Shown here piece by piece: positions 41,925 through 49,702 of a stretch of DNA of 64,000 nt (its first letter is position 1; each line of letters starts with the position of its first letter). The stretch comes from a virus. The stretch lies in IMG/VR virus record IMGVR_UViG_3300046837_000274. One strand, written 5' to 3'. Below the pieces are notes generated by a model, which was given only the letters and a program-made list of their open reading frames with translations, did not search any database and was not told where the DNA came from. Both the position numbers and the translations under genes were made by a program.

Positions 41925-42590
41925 TCAGTTCGGACGCTGCTCGTCGGCGATGTCTTCGATTTCAGCCGACGTCAGGTAACCGGCCCGGCCTTTCTTGCCG
42001 CCGCCTTTGCCACCCTTGCCGCCTTTTCCTCCCACGAGGGACAGCTTTGCTGCCCCCTTGCGCACCGGGCGCTTGCGCGACGCATCGGCTTGCACGCCGC
42101 CGCCACCAGCTTTCAGTTCGACGCCAGCCGCGCGCTGGCCGTTCGCGTGCCACTTCGACCAGATCGCAGCGAACTCCGAGCCGGACGGATACGGGCAATC
42201 TTCAGCGGGCACCCCGTGCTTGCCTGCGGCGTAGCCGGATTCCTCGGCCCCGGCGACATTGTCTTCCGCGCGCGCTTTCGCACTCACGTTCAGGTGGTCG
42301 GCAGCGGAGAGGACGTCGTCGAGCGTGACGATCGAGCGCAGCGCCATCATGCGCAGGCGCTCCACCTCGTGCGCAGCGACGATCGCCGGATCCTGGCGGC
42401 TGGCGGCGTTGGTGTCGATGATCGCCTTGGTGTCCAGCCCCTCGGCCTTGAAGCGCTTCAGCAACGCCCGGTAAGCCCCCTGCGCCTCGTCGACGACGCG
42501 CTTCGCGGCGGTCGCTTCCCGCATGGCGGCAAGCCGCTCTTCGTTGGAAACGCTCGACGGATCACGCTTTTCGGCTGCTTGGCGGGGCAT
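41925..42590 (-). CDS. hypothetical protein with Gly/Lys-rich C-terminal region
   Basis: Start reset to ATG 42590 behind GGAGGA. 221 aa. 'LVGGKGGKGGKGGGKKGRAGY'. First gene of the leftward operon. Confidence 0.5.
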   Translation of the reverse strand: MPRQAAEKRDPSSVSNEERLAAMREATAAKRVVDEAQGAYRALLKRFKAEGLDTKAIIDTNAASRQDPAIVAAHEVERLRMMALRSIVTLDDVLSAADHLNVSAKARAEDNVAGAEESGYAAGKHGVPAEDCPYPSGSEFAAIWSKWHANGQRAAGVELKAGGGGVQADASRKRPVRKGAAKLSLVGGKGGKGGKGGGKKGRAGYLTSAEIEDIADEQRPN

Positions 42591-42861
42591 GGATTTCCTC
42601 CGGTTGACGGTCGCGAAACCGCGAGCATGGTCCTGCCGCTTCTGCGCGGTCAACCACCGATTTTCCGAACGCGGATAGTTCTGCCGTAACAGCACCGGCA
42701 AAGATTGCCGCTTGCAAAGGATCGCGGCTTGCGTTCTGTTTAAAGCGGAACGACGGAGCGCCTTCAGAACGCCCCGCCGTCCCTGACCGATCAGACTTCA
42801 AGGTGCATGGTCCGATGGCTAAGACGAGACAAGCGCATATCCCCGCCTTCAGGCAAGCGCG

Positions 42862-43203
42862 ATGAGACGCGACGGCGAGCCGTCCCGCGCCGTCTGGCCT
42901 CCTGAGCCCGGCTGGTTTCGCATGCGTCTCGTGCCGCGCGGCTGGTCGGCTCCGTGTCAGATCATCCATCACCTCGACCGGAGTTGGCAGGCGATCATCG
43001 ACGGGTCACCCGGCGTGCCGTCGCATGATCCGGTGCAGGCCGGTGTCGATCGCATCTGGCACAGCGGCACGATGATCGACGAGGCCGAATTCCGCTTTCT
43101 GAACGCCACGCGCGAGTGGGCGAAGAAGCACGACCCCTCGCACCCGGCAGCGAACGCGATGCTGCCGATCCGCCCCGGACTGCTGAAGCCGATCACATCG
43201 TGA
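42862..43203 (+). CDS. hypothetical protein
   Basis: 113-aa ORF, first gene of the rightward operon. Start uncertain. Confidence 0.4.
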   Translation: MRRDGEPSRAVWPPEPGWFRMRLVPRGWSAPCQIIHHLDRSWQAIIDGSPGVPSHDPVQAGVDRIWHSGTMIDEAEFRFLNATREWAKKHDPSHPAANAMLPIRPGLLKPITS

Positions 43204-43982
43204 AGGATGCTGCATTGAGCGACCGATCGAACGAGCCGCCCCCGTTAACGCCTCTGACCCCCGAACAGATCGTCGCGCGGCTTGATTACGAATTCCCCGA
43301 ACTCATCCGCCGCCGCGACGAACTGCTTGCTGGGATCAATGCTTTTCTGAGCGTCAATCCTACTATCGTCGACGCGTCCGCGCAGGGGCGTGCAGCCGAG
43401 AACCGGCGCATGTTTCAAGCGCTGTCTGTGAGCGCCGAGAACAAGCGCGTCGAGGCCAAAGCACCGTATCTCGCCGCTGGCAAAGCGCTCGATGCGTGGT
43501 TCAAGCGCGCCATCGACCCCTTGGAAGCGCCGATGGCAAAGCTGATCGCGCGCATGACTGACTTCGGTCTGAAGGTCGAGGAAGAACGACGACGCATTGC
43601 TGAAGAAGCAGCAGCAGCCGCACGCGCGGAAGCAGATCGCGCAGCCGAAGAAGCGGCCAAAGCACTGCTGCTTGAAATCGACAGCGCGCAGGACCGGCTC
43701 GACGAAGCTGTAGAAGCCGAGCAGACGGCCGCTCGCGCTGAGCAGCACGCCGCCGCCGCACCGGCAGAGCATTCACGCGTGCGCGGCGAGTTCGGAGCCG
43801 TCGCCAGCCTCACCCGGCGCTGGAAGTGGCGGGAGGTCGATCACAACCTTATCCCCCGCGATCTGATGGACGTCTCGTCGGCCAAGGTAGTCGCGCTGAT
43901 AACGCTGGCCGGGAAGGATGCCAAGGGGGTGCCGAAAGCGGTTATTCCTGGGATAACTATCTATGAGGTGAAGTCAGTATGA
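43200..43982 (+). CDS. coiled-coil protein, possibly Siphovirus Gp157-like
   Basis: Start reset to GTG 43200 (GTGA overlap). 260 aa. An Ala/Glu coiled coil, then 'WKWREVDHNLIPRDLMDV...VIPGITIY', resembling the Gp157 C-terminal pattern. Confidence 0.4.
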   Translation: MKDAALSDRSNEPPPLTPLTPEQIVARLDYEFPELIRRRDELLAGINAFLSVNPTIVDASAQGRAAENRRMFQALSVSAENKRVEAKAPYLAAGKALDAWFKRAIDPLEAPMAKLIARMTDFGLKVEEERRRIAEEAAAAARAEADRAAEEAAKALLLEIDSAQDRLDEAVEAEQTAARAEQHAAAAPAEHSRVRGEFGAVASLTRRWKWREVDHNLIPRDLMDVSSAKVVALITLAGKDAKGVPKAVIPGITIYEVKSV

Positions 43983-44611
43983 AGCGGTCATGGATACCGG
44001 TTCCGGGTCATCGCCGCTATGAAGCGCATCCTTCCGGCATCATTCGGGAGACGGCCACAAAAACCGCATGCACGCTGACGGAGCGGAGCGACGGATATTT
44101 AGAACTGTCGATGCGCGACGACACTGGGCGGTGGCTCTGCCAGCTTGTGCACCGCGTGATCTGCCTGACGTTCCGTGGGCCGCCTCCGACACCGCAACAT
44201 GAGGTTCGGCATGACAACGGTGTGCGGCCCGACTGCCGCGCATCGAATGTCTATTGGGCGACCCGCGTCCGGAATAAGCAGGACGAACTGCGGCACGGCA
44301 CGCGCAGGCGGGGTGACCGACATCAACGCGCCATACTGAGCGACAGTGAGGTTGCTGACATCCGCCGCCTTCACAGTTCGGCCCCTTCCAAATACGGCGT
44401 CTGCAAAGCACTCGCCGCGCGCTTCGGCGTTTCAGTCGCAACGATTGAGGGGTTGACTAACAAGCGCAAGCGCCCGGACCGTTGTCCGAACGGACATCTC
44501 GTCACCGGCACTGATCCCCGCACGCAGCGACCATTTTGCCAAGAGTGCCGACGCGAGCGAGCGCGCGTCAATTATCACGCTCGCAATGCAAGAAAGGAAA
44601 CTGTCCAGTGA
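43979..44611 (+). CDS. HNH homing endonuclease (NUMOD4 + HNH_3) with C-terminal HTH and zinc ribbon
   Basis: 210 aa. 'WIPVPGHRRYEAHPSGIIRE', 'DGYLELSM', 'VHRVICLTFRGPPP...HEVRHDNGVRPDCRASNVYWATRVRN'. Confidence 0.7.
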   Translation: MKRSWIPVPGHRRYEAHPSGIIRETATKTACTLTERSDGYLELSMRDDTGRWLCQLVHRVICLTFRGPPPTPQHEVRHDNGVRPDCRASNVYWATRVRNKQDELRHGTRRRGDRHQRAILSDSEVADIRRLHSSAPSKYGVCKALAARFGVSVATIEGLTNKRKRPDRCPNGHLVTGTDPRTQRPFCQECRRERARVNYHARNARKETVQ

Positions 44612-45114
44612 GTGCACACGTTCAACCGCAGCCTCGTCGTCGTGAACCAGAGCACTGGCGCGACGCGCTCGCGCGCTTGGGGATCGACAGATACCTTCGC
44701 ACGCTGCCCGCGCGCGATGACGACCCGGATGGATACGCGCGGCTGGTGATCGCGCCGTTGCGCGAGTTGCTGCCCCACCCGAGGCCGAAACCGACGCCTG
44801 CGCAGCGCGACGCCGCCGTTAAGAAACGCGCTGAATCCGCTGCCCGCACCAGGGCTATAGTCGAGAAGTTCAGAGCAATAGACGATGATCGCATCGAGGC
44901 TATTGTCAGCGTCAGGTTGCTTGAATACCAGATGATGAACGGGCGAGCGTTAGGGGATTTAACCGGCGCTCAGTGCCGCCAACATGCTGACAGCTACGGC
45001 GGCTTTTTGGGCGTCCTGGCCGAACGGCTGACGCCGCGCGAGCGGGTGCGCAATCACTTCACCGAAGTGACGCTGCAAGCCCTCGCCCGCCAGCACAAAG
45101 TGAGCCTGCCGTGA
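44608..45114 (+). CDS. hypothetical protein
   Basis: Start reset to GTG 44608 (GTGA overlap). 168 aa. Confidence 0.45.
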   Translation: MSAHVQPQPRRREPEHWRDALARLGIDRYLRTLPARDDDPDGYARLVIAPLRELLPHPRPKPTPAQRDAAVKKRAESAARTRAIVEKFRAIDDDRIEAIVSVRLLEYQMMNGRALGDLTGAQCRQHADSYGGFLGVLAERLTPRERVRNHFTEVTLQALARQHKVSLP

Positions 45115-45851
45115 TTCAGTTGACTTGCGCGCAGTGCGGAAAGGCTTTCAATCGCTCACCATCCGAGGTCAACGACCGGAATTTTTGCTCGCGGGCATGT
45201 TATTCGACTGCAACCGAACAAACGCAGCGCGCCTGCGAACAGTGCGGAGTCGCTTTCAAAGCTCCTGCGAAGCAACGCTTTTGCTCGCGGGCGTGCGGGA
45301 TTGAACCTCGGAAAGAACGGCTCCAATTCGCCTGCGCTCAATGCGGGGCGGCGTTTGCGCGCAAAGCGTCGAAGGTGCGAAGCAAGTTCTGCTCTTATGA
45401 GTGCGCGCACAGAGGTCGGCGAACTCGGCGAACGTTGATGTGCGTGCAATGCAGAACACCCTTTCAGGTCAAGAACAATCGCGCCGATACCGCAAAATAC
45501 TGTTCTATTCCCTGTAGGTGGGACGCGGCCCGCGCAGTCACGCCCGAAGAACGTCGCGACAAGTCCATTGAATACAAACGCCGCTGGCGAGCCGCGAACC
45601 CTGAGAAGATGGCACGTGAGCGCGATACCCAGCGGCAGCGCGACCGTCTCATCAGAGCCGCTTGGACTGTCTCCGAGCGAGAAGAATACAACGAGCATCA
45701 GAATGAGTTGTATGCGGTGAAGGCAGCAGCAGCGAAGTTTCTCCGCGAGATTGGGGCAATCAAACGCGGTGCTTTAACTAGTAATATATGTGCCGCCGCC
45801 CTCCGCTACGTGCGCGAGCAAGGCTTACTTCCAAACAGGAGCACACCATGA
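45111..45851 (+). CDS. protein with four tandem CxxC...CxxC zinc-ribbon repeats (no HNH domain)
   Basis: 246 aa. Repeats such as 'CAQCGKAFNRSPSEVNDRNFCSRAC', 'CEQCGVAFKAPAKQRFCSRAC', 'CAQCGAAFARKASKVRSKFCSYEC' and 'CVQCRTPFQVKNNRADTAKYCSIPC'. Confidence 0.6.
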   Translation: MIQLTCAQCGKAFNRSPSEVNDRNFCSRACYSTATEQTQRACEQCGVAFKAPAKQRFCSRACGIEPRKERLQFACAQCGAAFARKASKVRSKFCSYECAHRGRRTRRTLMCVQCRTPFQVKNNRADTAKYCSIPCRWDAARAVTPEERRDKSIEYKRRWRAANPEKMARERDTQRQRDRLIRAAWTVSEREEYNEHQNELYAVKAAAAKFLREIGAIKRGALTSNICAAALRYVREQGLLPNRSTP

Positions 45852-47722
45852 ACGACACCGTCAACGACGTGAAGCCGCCGCCGCCGACCCGCACCAGCGT
45901 CGCCCGCCTGAAGGATTGCAAGAGCCTCGCTGAAGCTTTCCAGACCGAAGAACTGAAGTCGCTGATCGCAGCAGCAGCGCCGAAATTCATCGACCCCGCT
46001 GCGATGCTGCGCACATGGATTCAAGCGGCAGCGCGTCAACCGCTGATCTACAAAGCCGACTTCCGGCAAGCGCTCGGCGCGTTTCAGTCACTCGCGTTCC
46101 TCGGATTGCAGCCGAACACGCACTTGAATCTGGCGCACATCATTCCGTTCAAGAAGAAGAGTTGGAACCCACTCACGCGCAAGCGGGACAAGGAGAGTGT
46201 CGAGATTCAAGTGATCATCGGATACCCGGGCTACATCGAACTGGCGCACCGATCCGGTGTCGTCAAAGCGCTGCACGCTGACGTCGTCTATGACGCGCGC
46301 GCGGAGGAATTCGATTACGAATACGGCACTAACCAGCACTTGCGGCATCGCGGCAAGCCGCCCGGTTTCAAGCCCGAGCACGACCCGCTCTACGCTTACG
46401 CGTGGTTCAAGCTGGAGCACGCCGATCAGTTCGAAGTCATGACGTGGAACGAAGTGCTGACGATCCGCAGCCGCAGCCAGTCCTACCGCACGGCGATGCT
46501 CGCGCACGACGAGGCGAAAGCCGAGAACAAGCGCATCCCGTCCACCTACACCGACGCCCCATGGATTCGTGACTTCGAAGAGATGGGCAAGAAAAGCGCT
46601 CTGCGCCGGGGCATGAAGTGGCTTCCGAAGTGCCCCGAACTGCGTGCGGCGGCAGCGCTGGAAGACGCACAGGACAGCGGCGCGCTCGACTGGGGGCCGG
46701 TGATCGACGGCAGCGCGTCACCGCTCGACGGGGACATCCCCGAGGGCGAGCCTGATCGGGAGGACGCGGGCGACCCCACCGTTGCGGGCAGCTTGCAGAC
46801 CCAGCGCCCGTCGCAGCGTGAGCGTCAGCCGCGCGAGCCGCGCCAGCCGCCGCCGAAAGTCCAAGACGTCGAAGTGCTGACGTTCGAAGCGGGCATCGTC
46901 GACGAGTTCGGCGAGATAGCGTCTGACGTGATCACAGATCCCGAGCAGTTCGCCCGCGCGCTGCTCGCGCACTGGCGGCGGATGCCCGACAAGAGCCGCA
47001 CGGAAGCGCTGCTCGATTTCAACGCCGACGCGCTCGACGCGCTGGACAAGATGTTTCCGCGCACCCGTCCGATCATCGCTGAGATACGTCCTGATGACGT
47101 GCAGGACGAGCCGCAGGGCGCGGCAGGGGAGCCGGTGGGCAGCGGTCAGCCAGACGAGCGCTATGCACCAGCAGCCGTGCCCGCTGGCGGCTCCAGCGGT
47201 CGTTCCTGGGCGTCCTACGTGGCTGACGTCAAAGCTGCACTGGCGACGATCCCGCCCGGCATCGAAGCGGCAGTCAGGTGGGCTGAAGCGCAGCAGGCGA
47301 CACTCGTCTCGGCACCCCCGGCGCAGCGGCTGCTGGCGATCAATGCGATCAGTCAGCATCTCGCGAAAGCCGGGCTCAGCGCCGTCCCCGCGTGGATGTC
47401 CGATCTGGTCAAGCCGAAAGCGAAGACTGCGCCGCCGAGCGACGTGCAGGGGAATGACGCGCCGCCGATCAGCGCCGATGAGAAGCAGGTGGAAGGCTTC
47501 GAAAAGAACGTGCAGGCGTATCTGAACATGGAGCCGGGTGATGCGCCGCTCGTGGAATTCGAATCCTACGCGAAGAGTGGTGCAGTGCAGGCGGCGATGA
47601 AGCGGCTGCGCGAGACGAACACGCCCCTCTATGACCGGGCCTACCGAGCGTTCGATGCGGGGCAAGCAGAACTGCGCAAGCGCGCTGCTAAGTCGCCACC
47701 CGCATCGGGGGACGTGGAATGA
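45848..47722 (+). CDS. recT: RecT-family single-strand annealing protein with ~320-aa C-terminal extension
   Basis: Start reset to ATG 45848 (ATGA overlap). 'SLAFLGLQPNTHLNLAHIIPF', 'VIIGYPGYIELAHRSG', 'PWIRDFEEMGKKSALRRGMKWLP'. A Pro/acidic linker and further domains follow. Confidence 0.75.
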   Translation: MNDTVNDVKPPPPTRTSVARLKDCKSLAEAFQTEELKSLIAAAAPKFIDPAAMLRTWIQAAARQPLIYKADFRQALGAFQSLAFLGLQPNTHLNLAHIIPFKKKSWNPLTRKRDKESVEIQVIIGYPGYIELAHRSGVVKALHADVVYDARAEEFDYEYGTNQHLRHRGKPPGFKPEHDPLYAYAWFKLEHADQFEVMTWNEVLTIRSRSQSYRTAMLAHDEAKAENKRIPSTYTDAPWIRDFEEMGKKSALRRGMKWLPKCPELRAAAALEDAQDSGALDWGPVIDGSASPLDGDIPEGEPDREDAGDPTVAGSLQTQRPSQRERQPREPRQPPPKVQDVEVLTFEAGIVDEFGEIASDVITDPEQFARALLAHWRRMPDKSRTEALLDFNADALDALDKMFPRTRPIIAEIRPDDVQDEPQGAAGEPVGSGQPDERYAPAAVPAGGSSGRSWASYVADVKAALATIPPGIEAAVRWAEAQQATLVSAPPAQRLLAINAISQHLAKAGLSAVPAWMSDLVKPKAKTAPPSDVQGNDAPPISADEKQVEGFEKNVQAYLNMEPGDAPLVEFESYAKSGAVQAAMKRLRETNTPLYDRAYRAFDAGQAELRKRAAKSPPASGDVE

Positions 47723-48075
47723 AGCGCGAGCACACTGCGCCCGCCGCGCTGATCGCGCAGACATCAGCCGGGAAGATGACCATCTTCCAGTTGCGGCTGC
47801 TCGCGGCTGTCGCTGCGCACTATCGCGGGCGCGCCAACATCACCGACCTGATTGAAGCGCTGCCGATATCACCCGGAGGTCTGACGCGCTGCGCCGATGG
47901 GCTGGTGGACGCTGGCTACCTGAAGCGACGCGAGCACCACGAGGACAGCCGCCGCAAGATGCTGATCATCACCAAGTCAGGCGTCGAGACGCTGCGGCGC
48001 ATCGCAACGGCGCTGAAGGACAGCGCTCGCCCTGGCCGCGATCTGGGCAACATCGGCAGGAGCGCGCGGCCATGA
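47719..48075 (+). CDS. MarR-family winged-helix regulator
   Basis: 118 aa. 'ITDLIEALPISPGGLTRCADGLVDAGYLKRREHHEDSRRKMLIITKSG'. Confidence 0.65.
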   Translation: MKREHTAPAALIAQTSAGKMTIFQLRLLAAVAAHYRGRANITDLIEALPISPGGLTRCADGLVDAGYLKRREHHEDSRRKMLIITKSGVETLRRIATALKDSARPGRDLGNIGRSARP

Positions 48076-48206
48076 GAAGCCAGATCGAGTTCGCGCTGGC
48101 GCATCCGGTGTTCGACCCGATGAAGCAGATCGTGCGCGGGCATTATTGGTGGGCCGAACCGGAACGGATATCGGCCTGCCTCACTGTCAACATCGGAATG
48201 GAATGA
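48072..48206 (+). CDS. 44-aa hypothetical peptide (not in ORF track)
   Basis: ATG 48072 forms ATGA with the MarR stop. Sequence: MRSQIEFALAHPVFDPMKQIVRGHYWWAEPERISACLTVNIGME. Confidence 0.3.
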   Translation: MRSQIEFALAHPVFDPMKQIVRGHYWWAEPERISACLTVNIGME

Positions 48207-48245
48207 GCCGTCTACGCTGGCGGACGCCCTCTCTGGCACGTCTCG

Positions 48246-48494
48246 TTGTGCCACCAAGAGCGGGGGAGGCCGGTGCCTGTGCTCCGTTGGAGCCGGATGA
48301 CGATGCGCAAAATCGAATCGGTCAGGGACCGCATCATGGGCATGTGCGGCACGAACGAGCCCCTGGTCGCACCGGAAGGCGAGGAAGCTGCGCAGATGTT
48401 GACCACCCGTCAGTGGCGCAAGCCGCTTTCAATCGAGGAAGTCGCGCGCATGGCTACGACACCTGAAGTGCGTGAGCGTAGGGGAAGACCATGA
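48246..48494 (+). CDS. hypothetical protein
   Basis: ORF with uncertain start. TTG 48246 is the track start. GTG 48279 lies 9 nt after GGGGGAGG and is more plausible. Confidence 0.4.
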   Translation: MCHQERGRPVPVLRWSRMTMRKIESVRDRIMGMCGTNEPLVAPEGEEAAQMLTTRQWRKPLSIEEVARMATTPEVRERRGRP

Positions 48495-48721
48495 AAGACG
48501 AGCGCAAGACGCTGCTGGCGATGTGGACAGCGTATCGCGAAATGGTGCTGGCGCAGTTGCCGCGTCCCTTCTCCGACATCGAGTGGACGATATTGGAGAC
48601 GACATTCTATGCGGGCGCTCAGTCGACGCTGCGCGCTCTCGTTGCCGACCGCACGCTGTTCGCGCTGCTGTATAGCGAAGCGGAGTCGCACGGAAAGCGC
48701 ATCCAGCAACGGCTGACGTGA
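48491..48721 (+). CDS. hypothetical protein
   Basis: 76-aa ORF with ATGA overlap upstream. Confidence 0.45.
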   Translation: MKDERKTLLAMWTAYREMVLAQLPRPFSDIEWTILETTFYAGAQSTLRALVADRTLFALLYSEAESHGKRIQQRLT

Positions 48722-48819
48722 GCGCTCGTCCCCCGCTGCCTCCTGTGATCCCGTTGCCGCGCCCGCCGCCGCCGCCGATTATTCCGCTGCCGCCACCGAA
48801 GCCGGGGAAGATGCGATGA
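48718..48819 (+). CDS. 33-aa proline-rich mini-ORF (not in ORF track)
   Basis: GTG 48718 (GTGA with the upstream stop) to TGA 48817-48819 (ATGA with the next start). Sequence: VSARPPLPPVIPLPRPPPPPIIPLPPPKPGKMR. Confidence 0.35.
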   Translation: MSARPPLPPVIPLPRPPPPPIIPLPPPKPGKMR

Positions 48820-49103
48820 TGAAATGCGCGCACGGCAAGCCGCTCGACGAGGAATGCCTCGCTTGCGCAGCGCTCGACCGCATCGAGCAGCGTCGCAACG
48901 CCGAGATAACCCGCTTGCGTGACGCACTGCGCCCGTTCGCTCTTGAGGGGCGCAAGTGGTTGGGCACGAACGCCGCCCACGATGATCTGAAGCTGTTGTG
49001 CGGCGAAGAGTGGGGCCTGATGGACAGGCAGACGCGAAGCGCGGAGTTCACCATCGGCGATCTGAAGCGCGCTGTCGCCGTGCTCGATGCGGGGGAAGCG
49101 TAG
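48816..49103 (+). CDS. hypothetical protein
   Basis: 95-aa ORF, last gene of the rightward operon. Confidence 0.45.
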   Translation: MMKCAHGKPLDEECLACAALDRIEQRRNAEITRLRDALRPFALEGRKWLGTNAAHDDLKLLCGEEWGLMDRQTRSAEFTIGDLKRAVAVLDAGEA

Positions 49104-49119
49104 GCAAAGGGGCCTACGC
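49098..49119 (+). terminator. hairpin at the end of the rightward operon
   Basis: GCGTAGGC (49098-49105) and GCCTACGC (49112-49119): perfect 8-bp stem that includes the TAG stop. No U tract. Confidence 0.35.
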
Positions 49120-49124
49120 CGATT

Positions 49125-49159
49125 GCAGCAGCCGCCTGGATCATCAGCGCGGCTGCTGC
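49125..49159. terminator. 11-bp perfect hairpin between convergent operons (bidirectional terminator candidate)
   Basis: GCAGCAGCCGC (49125-49135) and GCGGCTGCTGC (49149-49159), with a 13-nt loop. Sits in the 99-nt gap between convergent stops. Confidence 0.45.
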
Positions 49160-49202
49160 TCGGCCCCTGCCTATCGCGCTCCTGCGTGCCCCAGCGCAGG
49201 CG

Positions 49203-49607
49203 TCACTTCGGCTGCGGTGCCGGGAATGATTTGCCGGTCCACCCCTTGCCCGGCACGTAGATCGCGACGACCACTTGATTTCCGAGATCGCCCGCAGGCG
49301 GCGGCAGGCCGTTGCTGATTTCGGGAGGCACCGGCGTTCCGCCCGGCGGCAGACTGTTCTCCGGGTGATCCGGATTGATCGGACCGCCGCCTGGGTGCGG
49401 GATGCCGCCTGCCGGGATGCCACCACCCCAGCCGGAATCGGGTCCTGCGGGAAGACCGCCGCCCCAGCCGGGGTCAACCGGGCCGTGATCAGCGTGATCG
49501 CCGCTCAGCGGGAAGATCATCGCCAGCGTTGTCGCACCGCCGCCGCCCTTTGGCTGCGCGCCAGCGCCGGACAGGACAGTGATCGAGGCCAGGAAAGGTG
49601 CCGCCAT
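49203..49607 (-). CDS. Gly/Pro/Trp-repeat protein, possibly secreted
   Basis: 134 aa. Hydrophobic N-terminus, repeats 'DPGWGGGLPAGPDSGWGGGIPAGGIPHPGGGP', and a beta-like C-terminus 'QVVVAIYVPGKGWTGKSF'. Confidence 0.45.
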   Translation of the reverse strand: MAAPFLASITVLSGAGAQPKGGGGATTLAMIFPLSGDHADHGPVDPGWGGGLPAGPDSGWGGGIPAGGIPHPGGGPINPDHPENSLPPGGTPVPPEISNGLPPPAGDLGNQVVVAIYVPGKGWTGKSFPAPQPK

Positions 49608-49634
49608 GATAGTTCTCTCTCTGTTGAATTGAAT

Positions 49635-49668
49635 GCAGGCGGGGAATATTCTCCACCCCCCCGCCTGC
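49635..49668 (-). terminator. hairpin after the PEP-CTERM gene
   Basis: GCAGGCGGGG (49635-49644) and CCCCGCCTGC (49659-49668): perfect 10-bp stem, 14-nt loop. On the minus strand it is followed by ATTCAATTCAA. Confidence 0.45.
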
Positions 49669-49702
49669 TGTTCACCCGAAGCGCTCGCGCGTCAAGTGAC
49701 CT

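Noticed and set aside
42731-42772. 8-bp inverted repeat GCGTTCTG...CAGAACGC (26-nt spacer) in the 42591-42861 divergent region, plus several weak -35/-10 matches, considered as operators and promoters.
   Set aside because: There is a single short repeat with a long spacer and no second copy. The hexamer matches are poor, so the support is insufficient to annotate.
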